A DNA stretch of 64,000 bases from Nitrospiria bacterium (GTDB lineage Bacteria; Nitrospirota; Nitrospiria; SBBL01; JAADHI01): assembly GCA_945787655.1 (NCBI GenBank), contig CALZIJ010000002.1, forward strand, positions 44,576 to 108,575, read 5' to 3'. A program made the position numbers and the translations under genes. Position 1 is the first letter of the stretch; each line of letters begins with the position of its first letter. The notes beneath the pieces were generated by a model. It did no database searches and was not told the DNA's origin. It saw nothing but the letters and a program-made list of their open reading frames with translations. This document shows positions 31,378-40,724 of this stretch, piece by piece.

Positions 31378-31388
31378 GGGCTTTTGAA

Positions 31389-31826
31389 TTGATCAGACGG
31401 GTTGTTCTTATATGCTGTTTTATTGCTTTTTTCCCCTTTCCTGGAAGCGCGGAAGTGATCATTATTGTTCATCCTTCCAATCCGGTTAACCAACTCCGCA
31501 GTCGGGATATCGAATCTATTTATCTATTCAAAAAATCCACTTGGGGGAACAGAGTCCGTATCTTCCCGATTAACCTTCCCCCTCGTGACCCGCTGCGAGA
31601 AGAATTATCAAAAAAATGGATCGATAGAAGTTCGGGAGAAATAGAAAACTTTTATCTCATGCGGGCCTTGTCTGGACAGGGGCAACCTCCCATCATTGTC
31701 GGAACGCCTGAAGAAGTCAAAACCTATATCAAAAACAACCGGGGCGCGATCGGATATATTCATAAAAAAGACCTCGATGATTCCGTCAAAGTCATTCCCA
31801 TTCTCGAAAAGGAACCAGGACAGTGA
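31389..31826 (+). CDS. Small periplasmic PBP-like protein (phosphate-ABC-substrate-binding-like family)
   Basis: Signal peptide; IIVHPSNP..L....I..IY, GQPP, GAIGYI. Confidence 0.75.
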   Translation: MIRRVVLICCFIAFFPFPGSAEVIIIVHPSNPVNQLRSRDIESIYLFKKSTWGNRVRIFPINLPPRDPLREELSKKWIDRSSGEIENFYLMRALSGQGQPPIIVGTPEEVKTYIKNNRGAIGYIHKKDLDDSVKVIPILEKEPGQ

Positions 31827-33763
31827 AAAACATTGGGGCTTTCAGTCTCCGGACCAAATTCCTGCTTGCCTCATTTATCCCGACACTGGTCGTGCTCACA
31901 CTGATTGTGAGTCTCTTCAGCATGCAGTTCAATCGTCTGGCCATCCAGAACCAGGTCGATGATTTATTAAACATCCCCGCCATGCTGGAAAATACTATTA
32001 GCTCTCCCGATGTGCTGAATTATCGGCATTTGCTCCAAAATGGAATATTTTTACTGGACACCCTCAGAAGTGAAGTGACCGGGATAGCGGTATATGCCGA
32101 AAAGGAAGGGCAATTCCAGGTGATCGTCTCGACCCAACCGGAAGACGTCGGGAAAGGCGCCCGGCCAAATCAATTAAAACCGCTGCGCACGGGTCGGTAC
32201 GAAACCTACCAGGACATGGGCTCCGGGCAAAAAATACTCAGAATTGACGCCCCGCTTTTTTTAAATAAAACCCCTGTGGCCGTCGTTTCAATCTTCTCCA
32301 CATTGCTTGTACAAGATGCCATGATGGCCTATCTCAAGAACCTGATTCTAGTGATCGGCCCCCTTGGCGGGGCCCTGCTCTGGGCCTTTATTTATCTTTC
32401 CTTTAAAAAGATCTTTTTATCCCGTCTGGCCAATCTTTCGGCCGCCTCACGGGAAATTTCCGCAGGGCAATGGCCGATGCGCATCCCCGTAAAATGGAAA
32501 GATGAAATGGGAGAACTTGAAGCCACATTTAACCAAATGAGTCTTTCCCGGCAACGGGCAGAAGAAGCCCTTGAAGAACAAGCCATCCGGGACACCCTGA
32601 CCAAACTCTATAACCGCCGGTATTTCAATACCCGCATCGAGGAGGAGATTGAACGGGCATCACGAAACCAGACCCCCTTTGCCGTTCTCATTTGCGACCT
32701 GGATTTTTTTAAGCACATCAATGACAGCTTCGGACACCAGACAGGAGATGAAGTTTTAAAACAAGTGGCTAGAAATCTTGGAGACTCAACACGAGGCAGT
32801 GACCTGATTTTCAGATGGGGAGGAGACGAATTTGTCGTCATTCTGGGTGAACCCTTAAAAGGGGATCCTCTGGTTGCGGCCAATCGGATTCGGGAAGGAA
32901 TTCACCAGATAAGAGATAGAGAAGACAAAAAGATTGATCTCAGTATCGGGATTGCCCTTTTTCCAAGGCATGCCCAAGACGCGGAAAACCTGATCCGGGT
33001 GGCGGATCGCGCCTTGTATATTGCCAAAAAAGGCGGCGGAAAGATTCATGTGGGAGAAGAGGAATTTCATTTAAATGAAGAGGCCATCGTCTCGGTCTTT
33101 CAGCCCATCATGGACATTCAGACACAGGCCCCTTATGCCTACGAAGCCCTTAGCCGTGATCCTCAGGGGAAAAACTCGATTCTGAACCTCTTTAAAAAAT
33201 ATCAAGCCATCGGCCAGCTTCTAGAACTCAAAATGCTCTGTTTCAAGGGCCAAATCCGGGACGCCGTCCAAGGAAAATTCAAACGCATCTTTATTAACGT
33301 CGACTTTGAGTTACTCAGCCATCTGGATGTGATCCCCATCCCGGATAACATCGAAATTATTCTGGAGATCTCGGAGCTTGAAGCCCTTGAAGATATAGAA
33401 AAACATCTCATAGAAGCTAAACGCTGGCGCCAGGAAGGCTATCAATTCGCCGTCGATGACTTCGGTGCGGGCTTTATCTCTCTCCCTTTTCTTTCTCATT
33501 TGGTTCCCGAATACATTAAAATCGACCGTTCTGCCATTTTAAGGGCCGAATCGTCCGCAAAATTCAAACAGTTTTTATCCGACCTCGTGCTGACACTAAG
33601 AAACTATACCCAGAAACATATTATTGCAGAGGGCATAGAAACAGAAGCCCAGCTTAAAGTGCTTGAAGAGATCGGCATCCACTTGATCCAGGGTTTTTTG
33701 TTGGGGAAACCGATCCCCCTGGAAGAAGTGATGACAACACATGACATGGAGCACAGGCTCTGA
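31823..33763 (+). CDS. Membrane HAMP-GGDEF-EAL diguanylate cyclase/phosphodiesterase
   Basis: Two TMs, HAMP (DEMGEL..FNQM), RGSD I-site + GGDEF, EAL, DDFGAG, KID, EGIE, QGF. Confidence 0.92.
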   Translation: MKNIGAFSLRTKFLLASFIPTLVVLTLIVSLFSMQFNRLAIQNQVDDLLNIPAMLENTISSPDVLNYRHLLQNGIFLLDTLRSEVTGIAVYAEKEGQFQVIVSTQPEDVGKGARPNQLKPLRTGRYETYQDMGSGQKILRIDAPLFLNKTPVAVVSIFSTLLVQDAMMAYLKNLILVIGPLGGALLWAFIYLSFKKIFLSRLANLSAASREISAGQWPMRIPVKWKDEMGELEATFNQMSLSRQRAEEALEEQAIRDTLTKLYNRRYFNTRIEEEIERASRNQTPFAVLICDLDFFKHINDSFGHQTGDEVLKQVARNLGDSTRGSDLIFRWGGDEFVVILGEPLKGDPLVAANRIREGIHQIRDREDKKIDLSIGIALFPRHAQDAENLIRVADRALYIAKKGGGKIHVGEEEFHLNEEAIVSVFQPIMDIQTQAPYAYEALSRDPQGKNSILNLFKKYQAIGQLLELKMLCFKGQIRDAVQGKFKRIFINVDFELLSHLDVIPIPDNIEIILEISELEALEDIEKHLIEAKRWRQEGYQFAVDDFGAGFISLPFLSHLVPEYIKIDRSAILRAESSAKFKQFLSDLVLTLRNYTQKHIIAEGIETEAQLKVLEEIGIHLIQGFLLGKPIPLEEVMTTHDMEHRL

Positions 33764-33908
33764 ACGGTTTCTATTTAATTTCCATTTTAAGCCATGACCT
33801 GGTTATAATGCACCCGATTTCAAACAAACCATTATAAGCCCCGGATTTAAATGGGTTCGACTTTAAACCATAGGGGAAACCCGTCTTTTTATCTCAGAAT
33901 TTGATCTT

Positions 33909-35207
33909 ATGAACCGCGTCTTTTTTTCCCTAATTTTCATCGCTTTTACTTATACCGGCGCGCAACAGGTTTTTTGGAGTCCCGAAATATCCGGGGCAGC
34001 AGGCCCAATGCAGCAGCTCAGCGAAGGCATGATCATTTCCGCCAAAAGTGCCGTGGAACTGGCACTGGGACTGATTGGCGTCATGGCTTTTTTTCTCGGC
34101 CTTATGAAAGTCGCCGAAAAAGGCGGTCTGCTTCAGATCATTGCCGGCCTATTGCGGCCTTTAATGATCCGGCTTTTCCCGGATATCCCGCCCAACCACC
34201 CCGCGATGGGAGCCATGATAATGAATATATCAGCCAATGCACTCGGTCTCGGAAACGCGGCAACGCCGTTCGGCATCCGGGCCATGCAGGCGCTCAATAC
34301 GCTCAATCCAGTTAAAGGCACCGCGACCAATGCGATGGTGTTGTTTTTAGCCATCAATACCTCCAGTGTCACATTATTACCCACCGGAGTGATTGCACTT
34401 CGAGCAGCAGCGGGCTCAAATAATGCGGCCGGTATTCTTGCCACAACACTTTTTGCCACGCTCTGCTCCACGGCGGCCGCCATTTTCGCCGCGAAAACCT
34501 ATCCCCGGTTTTTTCCGTTATCTGACGCAGAAACACCTCCTCCTGAACCTGAAAACCCGCATAACACCATGGCCACCGACAGTCCCTTTCCGTCTCACAC
34601 CGAAAAAACCTATTCGGACAAGACTTCCTATATCGCGCTTGCGACTCTGATTTTATTGATTCCGATCGTCACGATATATGGCAATGCCATCGGTCCCTGG
34701 GTGATTCCCGGCCTGACCGTAACCTTATTGGGCTTTGGTTTGGTGCGCGGGGTTAAAATATATGAAACCTTTGTGGAAGGCGCCAAAGAAGGTTTTCAAG
34801 TGGCCATGAAAATCATTCCCTTCCTGGTGGCCATTTTGGTTGCAGTGGGAATGTTTCGAAACAGCGGCGTTTTGGATCAACTCATCAACGTACTCAGCCC
34901 GGTCACTTCATGGGTTGGTTTGCCCGCTGAAGCCCTGCCCATGGCGTTAATTCGTCCGCTTTCCGGCTCCGGGGCATATGGTCTTTTGGCAGAAACCCTC
35001 AACAATGCCGCCATTGGTCCGGACAGTTATGTGGGATATCTGGTGAGCACCTTTCAGGGGTCGACCGAAACCACTTTTTATGTTCTGGCTGTTTATTTCG
35101 GCGCCGTCCAAGTGCGGAAATCCCGTCATGCCCTGGCCGCAGGACTGACCGCAGATCTGGTTGGTATTCTTGCCGCAATCGCGGCTTGCCAGTACTTATT
35201 CAACTAA
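33909..35207 (+). CDS. Fused SpmA/SpmB (nucleoside recognition Gate domain) membrane protein
   Basis: ANALGLGNAATPFG, FVEGAKEG, RPLSGSG, STETTFYV..VYFG. Confidence 0.9.
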   Translation: MNRVFFSLIFIAFTYTGAQQVFWSPEISGAAGPMQQLSEGMIISAKSAVELALGLIGVMAFFLGLMKVAEKGGLLQIIAGLLRPLMIRLFPDIPPNHPAMGAMIMNISANALGLGNAATPFGIRAMQALNTLNPVKGTATNAMVLFLAINTSSVTLLPTGVIALRAAAGSNNAAGILATTLFATLCSTAAAIFAAKTYPRFFPLSDAETPPPEPENPHNTMATDSPFPSHTEKTYSDKTSYIALATLILLIPIVTIYGNAIGPWVIPGLTVTLLGFGLVRGVKIYETFVEGAKEGFQVAMKIIPFLVAILVAVGMFRNSGVLDQLINVLSPVTSWVGLPAEALPMALIRPLSGSGAYGLLAETLNNAAIGPDSYVGYLVSTFQGSTETTFYVLAVYFGAVQVRKSRHALAAGLTADLVGILAAIAACQYLFN

Positions 35208-35260
35208 TTTAAAACATCGAAACACATTGTTGTTGTTTTAAATTTTCGACAAACCCACAT

Positions 35261-36046
35261 TTACGTTGCAGCCGCAATGCGATGGCAGCGTACAATCATA
35301 AACAACCCCAGGAGAATCATTGGGACACTTAACAGTTGGCCCATCGAAAATAACCCGACAAGAAAACCCAGGTGTGCATCCGGCTCACGGGCAAATTCAA
35401 CGATAAAGCGAAACACGCCATATCCCAAAATCATTGACCAAAAGACAATGCCCGGCGCAAGATTCTTTTTCGAGAGAACCCATAGAATAACAAATAACAC
35501 CCCGCCTTCCAGGGTGGCTTCATACAATTGGGAAGGATGACGGCAAACATCCCCGCCTGCCGGAAAAACCATACACCAGGGCACATCCGTCTCCCTCCCG
35601 AAAAGCTCGCCGTTCATGAAATTTCCAATCCGGCCCAGTCCAAGACCGATGGGTGCAGCCACAATGGCCACATCCGCCACGGAATACACAGGAAGTTTAA
35701 ACTTTCGACAGAAATAAATTCCACCTAAAACCGCCCCGATCAATCCGCCATGAAAGGACATCCCGCCTTCCCACACCGCAATGATTTTAGAGGGGTTTGA
35801 AAAGTAATATCCGGGATTATAAAAAAGAACATAGCCCAGCCGCCCTCCAAAAATCACCCCAACCGCTCCGTAAAGCATGAGATCGGATATCTGCTCTTGT
35901 GTGATCGCTAATTTTTTCTTAAGCGCAATATAACGGATGATAAAAATGGCAGAAATAAACGAAACCGCATACATCATGCCATACCAGCGAAACGCCAGGG
36001 GACCGATGCGAAAGATCACCGGATCGATATTCGGGTAAGGAATCAT
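35261..36046 (-). CDS. lgt: Prolipoprotein diacylglyceryl transferase
   Basis: RWYG, GGRLGY, GGMSFHGG, GRIGNF.NGEL.GR, HPSQLYE. Confidence 0.96.
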   Translation of the reverse strand: MIPYPNIDPVIFRIGPLAFRWYGMMYAVSFISAIFIIRYIALKKKLAITQEQISDLMLYGAVGVIFGGRLGYVLFYNPGYYFSNPSKIIAVWEGGMSFHGGLIGAVLGGIYFCRKFKLPVYSVADVAIVAAPIGLGLGRIGNFMNGELFGRETDVPWCMVFPAGGDVCRHPSQLYEATLEGGVLFVILWVLSKKNLAPGIVFWSMILGYGVFRFIVEFAREPDAHLGFLVGLFSMGQLLSVPMILLGLFMIVRCHRIAAAT

Positions 36047-36130
36047 TGCAGAGTGCGCCTCCGGGTTGCAAACGGGAGCCAATATAACACAGGGAGAAAA
36101 TGAAAAGGAAGAAACCGCTTTATCTCTGTT

Positions 36131-36661
36131 TTACCAAGGCACAGCCGCTTTTTGCACTTCCTGATTTTTGTCTGTGTAATACACAAAGTGGTTTTGCTGG
36201 CCAAAAAGGTGTACATCGCGCGTAATCCGAACATCTTCTTTACAGTACAATGCGATTTTTGCAAATGCCCCTTCCTCAAACCACTTCAGCGCCAAAAGCC
36301 CGTCCGCAGATTTGCCAAGATTTAAGGTCGTCTGTGCCACATTGTCCAGTTTAATTCTCCGCCCTGTACTGTTTTTAATATCCACCATCAAATCACAAGT
36401 GGGCAATCCCGAAAAATCAAAAGCAGAATAATATGACAAAACAGGATAATCAAAACCGACAATATTATATCCCACAACAAGGTCTGCCTCTTTAAGATCG
36501 GAGATCAAGGCCGACATATCCTCTTCTTCAAAAACCTTGAATTGTTTTGTCGACGAAGAATAGGTGACCCCGATAGAAACCCGCATTAAATGCTTGTTCC
36601 CCCACCCTCCTACTTCGTCCGCCCCTTTTTGTGTTTCTAAATCAAAGTAAACAATATTCAT
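36131..36661 (-). CDS. RNase H-like / DEDD exonuclease (RNase_H_2, YprB-like) stand-alone domain
   Basis: FDLET, GYN..GFD, LDNVA, YC.EDV. Confidence 0.8.
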   Translation of the reverse strand: MNIVYFDLETQKGADEVGGWGNKHLMRVSIGVTYSSSTKQFKVFEEEDMSALISDLKEADLVVGYNIVGFDYPVLSYYSAFDFSGLPTCDLMVDIKNSTGRRIKLDNVAQTTLNLGKSADGLLALKWFEEGAFAKIALYCKEDVRITRDVHLFGQQNHFVYYTDKNQEVQKAAVPW

Positions 36662-36998
36662 GCAACTTTATTTCCTGATCCAACAAGCGTCATGCTAGGC
36701 GACACAGATCAAGGCTGTCAAGCCAGATAAAAACAGTTACGAACTACCTGGATCAAAACTTTCGGCACCAGAAATTAATAAACAAAGAGCCAATAAATGG
36801 ATATACATAGAAACTATATAAATAATATGGATTATTTATATCAAAAAATATAGACAAATTTATTTACTCTTTACCAACGATTGGCGTATGTTTAATTTTA
36901 GAAGGTATGCAGTACCCACCCCGTATCATCAGCCAAACCTTCTAAGCGTTTTCATGATGTTTGTTCGTATAAATTTATTGAAAAAGGGAGGATCTGTC

Positions 36999-37238
36999 AT
37001 GCCTGTAGAGATTAGAAACCTGACCCATAGACCCGTGTTGATGCGCTTAAACAGCGGCACATCCCTGCATCTTTCGCCAGGGGCCCTGTCAGCCGCCATC
37101 GGAGACCACGAAATCATCAATAACATGAAGGTCAAGAAGCTTCAGGGCAGACATGTGATCGCCTTGGAACCCGTGCAAAAAAAGTCACAAAAAACAGCCA
37201 CCCCAAAAAAAACCAACAAACCGGGAAAAAGAAAATAA
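36999..37238 (+). CDS. Small basic hypothetical protein, first gene of eCIS operon
   Basis: GGGAGGA RBS; MPVEIRNLTHRPVLMRLNSG..; Lys-rich tail. Confidence 0.65.
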   Translation: MPVEIRNLTHRPVLMRLNSGTSLHLSPGALSAAIGDHEIINNMKVKKLQGRHVIALEPVQKKSQKTATPKKTNKPGKRK

Positions 37239-37270
37239 TAAACCTCAAATTGTGAAAGGAGGGGGATCTC

Positions 37271-39205
37271 ATGGCAATTTTGTCTTACCCAGGCGTTTAT
37301 GTTGAAGAAGTGTCCAGCGGTATCCGACCGATTGAATCAGCCAGCACCTCTACCGCAGCCTTTGTTGGCCTTGCGGAAATGGGGCCCGATGACGAGGCCT
37401 TAAGAATCACCAGTTGGACCGAGTTCCAGCGCTTTTATGGAACATATATCAGCGACGGGTACCTGGCGCATTCGGTCTTTCAATTTTTTAATAACGGTGG
37501 ACGGCAATGTTACATTGTTCGTATTACACGATCCGATGCCGCGACCGCAAGCGTCACCGTGCAAAACCGTGCTTCTGCGCCAGTCAACGGCTTGACTTTT
37601 TCCGCAAAAAACAAGGGCGCCTGGGGGAATTTTCTCTATCTGCAAATCGAAGACGGTTCCAGCGACAGCGGCAATACTTTTAAAATCAGCATCCGCAAGC
37701 AAGACGAGGTCGATCTGGTCCCTTCGGATTTTCTCAACATCGCGCCTTTGGAAACCCATGATGATTTGAGCATGGACCCGGATTCACCCAACTACATTGT
37801 CGATGCCCTGAGCCAAAACTCCACTCTGATCGACGCCGCCGTCGATGCCGCCAATACCAGCGTACAGAGCGGATTTCATCAGGGGGGTGAAGGGCCTTCA
37901 ATTCCCTCCGCGCCCAACCTGAATTTTCAAATTAATCTCGACGGCGACGGTTATCAGCAAGTATCCATTGCAGATGGCTTGGGCACTATGGCTGCTGTCG
38001 CGAGCGCAATCCAAACCGCTGTGACCGGGCTGACCCGATTGAAAACCAGCACACCCACCACCGCGTTCACCGGTTTTACGTGCACCGTCGAAGATGCCGG
38101 TTTGGCGACAGAACACCTGTTATTGACTTCGGGCACCAGCGCAGCCACTTCTTCCGTCCGCGTGCAAAATGCCTCGTCAAACAATGCCGCCGTCAGCCTT
38201 AAACTGGGCGAAGGCAACGGTGGGTATTCTGAAAACGGCATCGCCGTCCGGCGTCCGGCCAATGCCTCAGCCATTCAGGTGGGGGATGCCGCCGTCGCCG
38301 CACCGGTCGCCGCCGTCACCCTGGGGGCCGACGGCATCGCCGCCTTAACCGAACTCAGCTATAGTACGGGTTTTGATCTATTGGACAACAAAACGGATTT
38401 TAGTCTGTTGGCGGTGCCAGGCGTGGGCACCACCACCATGGTAGACGAAGGCATGGCCTATTGCCAAAACCGGCCGCTTCAAGATGTCTTCTACATCGGA
38501 GAAATGACCGAAGACGACGACAGCGCCGCAGAAGCGGAGTCCTTTCGCAACGCCTTGACCACACCCAATTCCTACGGCGCAGTCTATTTTCCCTGGATCA
38601 AGGCGCTCGATCCGACCGGCGTGTCGTCCGAACCGGTTTCGCTGCCCCCCGCAGGCTACATCGCCGGATTGTATGCGCGGATTGACGGCAAACGCGGCGT
38701 GTGGAAAGCGCCCGCAGGCACCGAGGCCACGATCAACGGCGCGGTCGGTCTCGACATCAATCTGACGGACACCGAACAGGGTAACCTGAACAAGATCAAC
38801 GTCAACTGCCTGCGGCGATTCGCATCGGCAGGCATCGTGTCCTGGGGAAGCCGAACCATCAGCTCCGATCCCGAATACAAATACGTGCCCGTGCGGCGTA
38901 TGGCGATTATGCTGCGGGTCAGCATTTACAACGGCATTCAATGGGCCGTCTTTGAACCCAATGACGAAGATCTCTGGGCCGCGTTGCGCTTGAACATCGG
39001 ATCGTTTATGACCGTTCTGTTCCGGCAGGGCGCGTTTCAGGGGAGTTCGCCCGCAAAGGCCTTTTTTGTGAAATGCGACGGTGAAACAACCACGCAGGCC
39101 GACATCGATCTCGGCATCGTGAACGTGCTTGTGGGCTTCGCGCCGCTGAAACCGGCCGAATTCGTTGTGGTCAAGATCAGCCAGAAAGCGGGCGAGTCAT
39201 CCTAA
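37271..39205 (+). CDS. Contractile tail sheath protein (Afp2/3/4-like)
   Basis: YPGVYVEE, FFNNGG, YFPW, RGVWKAPAG, WGSRT, YVPVRR, WAVFEPN, APLKPAEFV. Confidence 0.96.
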   Translation: MAILSYPGVYVEEVSSGIRPIESASTSTAAFVGLAEMGPDDEALRITSWTEFQRFYGTYISDGYLAHSVFQFFNNGGRQCYIVRITRSDAATASVTVQNRASAPVNGLTFSAKNKGAWGNFLYLQIEDGSSDSGNTFKISIRKQDEVDLVPSDFLNIAPLETHDDLSMDPDSPNYIVDALSQNSTLIDAAVDAANTSVQSGFHQGGEGPSIPSAPNLNFQINLDGDGYQQVSIADGLGTMAAVASAIQTAVTGLTRLKTSTPTTAFTGFTCTVEDAGLATEHLLLTSGTSAATSSVRVQNASSNNAAVSLKLGEGNGGYSENGIAVRRPANASAIQVGDAAVAAPVAAVTLGADGIAALTELSYSTGFDLLDNKTDFSLLAVPGVGTTTMVDEGMAYCQNRPLQDVFYIGEMTEDDDSAAEAESFRNALTTPNSYGAVYFPWIKALDPTGVSSEPVSLPPAGYIAGLYARIDGKRGVWKAPAGTEATINGAVGLDINLTDTEQGNLNKINVNCLRRFASAGIVSWGSRTISSDPEYKYVPVRRMAIMLRVSIYNGIQWAVFEPNDEDLWAALRLNIGSFMTVLFRQGAFQGSSPAKAFFVKCDGETTTQADIDLGIVNVLVGFAPLKPAEFVVVKISQKAGESS

Positions 39206-39240
39206 TCGAAATTGATCCGATCTGTTAAGGAGGAGCCATC

Positions 39241-39741
39241 ATGGCAAAATTTGCAGTCAATTCCCATCGTTTCGACCCCTACCGGAATTTCAAGTTCAAA
39301 ATCAAGTGGGACGGTCAATATGTTGCGGGCCTTTCAAAATGCAGCGCGCTGAAAAAAACAACCGAATCGTCCGATTGGCGCGAAGGCGGCGATCCCAGCA
39401 CCGGCCGGAAGGTGCCAGGCAAGACCTCCTACGATGCCGTCAGTCTCGAAGCGGGCGTGACCCATGACACGACTTTTGAGGAATGGGCCAACCTGGTCAA
39501 TAATTTTCAGGGCGACTCAGCGATGTCCTTAAAAAATTTCCGAAAGGACGTCACGATTGACGTCTTCAATCTCGGTGGACAAAAGGTACTCTCTTATAAT
39601 GTCTTCCGGTGCTGGGTCTCGGAATATCAGGCTCTGCCGGAGCTTGACGCCAGCGGAAACGCCATCATGATCCAAACGATCAAACTTGAAAACGAGGGAT
39701 GGGAGCGCGACACCTCCGTCGCAGAACCAAGCGAAACCTAG
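39241..39741 (+). CDS. Tail tube protein (T4 gp19 / Afp1-5-like)
   Basis: DPYRNFKF, REGG, KVPG, W, RKDVTI, LDA..N. Confidence 0.95.
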   Translation: MAKFAVNSHRFDPYRNFKFKIKWDGQYVAGLSKCSALKKTTESSDWREGGDPSTGRKVPGKTSYDAVSLEAGVTHDTTFEEWANLVNNFQGDSAMSLKNFRKDVTIDVFNLGGQKVLSYNVFRCWVSEYQALPELDASGNAIMIQTIKLENEGWERDTSVAEPSET

Positions 39742-39770
39742 GCGGGACGGAGGCAGAGAGAGACCCGCCT
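39740..39770 (+). terminator. Hairpin directly after tube gene (partial terminator or stabiliser)
   Basis: AGGCGGG...CCCGCCT 7-bp stem followed by TATT. Confidence 0.4.
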
Positions 39771-39827
39771 TATTCCACCATGCCGGGTCTTGGGTTTTCC
39801 ATCTTTAAACGTTTCAGGAATGATCTT

Positions 39828-40724
39828 ATGGAAGAGCGAAGCTGTATCCTCCCGGGCGGCTGGGCGGATGCACAAGGGGAAATTCATAATAGGGTCGTCT
39901 TCTCCGCCCTCACAGGCCGGGAAGAGGCCCTGCTTGCCGATACCCAAGGAAACGGCCCGGCGAAAGTGACCGCCGTACTTAGCCGTTGCCTTAAGCAAAT
40001 CGGGTCAATCCGTCCCATCTCCGAATCCATCGCGCGCGAGCTCTTGATCGTCGACCGGGATTTTCTCTTGCTCAAGCTGCACGAGGCGACCTTTGGTTCG
40101 CGGGTGCAGGCGACCTTGCCTTGCCCCTGGCCCGACTGCGGCGAAAAAGTCGATATCGATTTTACCACCGAGGACATTCCCGTCAGCCCTTCGCAAGAGA
40201 AAGGCCCGCGGTTCACGGTCGTCCTCTCGCCAGAGGCCGCCTTCGTCAAAAATGGAAAGGCCCATCGGGAAGTCACTTTCCGGCTCCCGACCGGCGCGGA
40301 CCAGGAACGCCTCTCTTCCCGGCTTGCCGAGAACGAAGCCCAGGCCCTGAGCGAATTGCTCGCCCGCTGTATCCGGTCCATCGGCCCGCATGAGATGACA
40401 TCCGCCGAACAGATTGAGGCCCTTTCGCCCCTGGCCCGCATGGAGATTGAGCGGGAGATGCTTCGCATCGCCCCGAAGATCGAATTGAATATGGAAGTCA
40501 ACTGCCCCGAATGCGCGCGCTTGTTCACCGTGCCTTTTGATCTTCAGGATTTCTTTTTCGGAGAGATGCGCACCAGCCGGGATCTGCTCTACCGCGAGGT
40601 CCACTACCTCGCCTATCACTACCATTGGAGCGAAAAGGAAATCATGGAAATGCCGAAAGACCAGCGGCGCAACTACATTGAAGTCCTGGCCGATGAAATC
40701 GAAAGGCTGAACAATGCCGTCTGA
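39828..40724 (+). CDS. eCIS baseplate/tail assembly chaperone-like protein with two Cys-pair repeats and C-terminal DUF6760-like segment
   Basis: LPGG, LTGREE, DRDFLLL, CPWPDC, FRLPTGADQ, CPEC; LYREVHYLAYHYHWSE..I. Confidence 0.65.
   Translation: MEERSCILPGGWADAQGEIHNRVVFSALTGREEALLADTQGNGPAKVTAVLSRCLKQIGSIRPISESIARELLIVDRDFLLLKLHEATFGSRVQATLPCPWPDCGEKVDIDFTTEDIPVSPSQEKGPRFTVVLSPEAAFVKNGKAHREVTFRLPTGADQERLSSRLAENEAQALSELLARCIRSIGPHEMTSAEQIEALSPLARMEIEREMLRIAPKIELNMEVNCPECARLFTVPFDLQDFFFGEMRTSRDLLYREVHYLAYHYHWSEKEIMEMPKDQRRNYIEVLADEIERLNNAV

Noticed and set aside
36760-36900. Sigma54 promoter or ops/JUMPstart element for the eCIS operon
   Set aside because: TGGCGT and CGGCAC lack a correctly spaced TTGC; no GGCGGTAG seen
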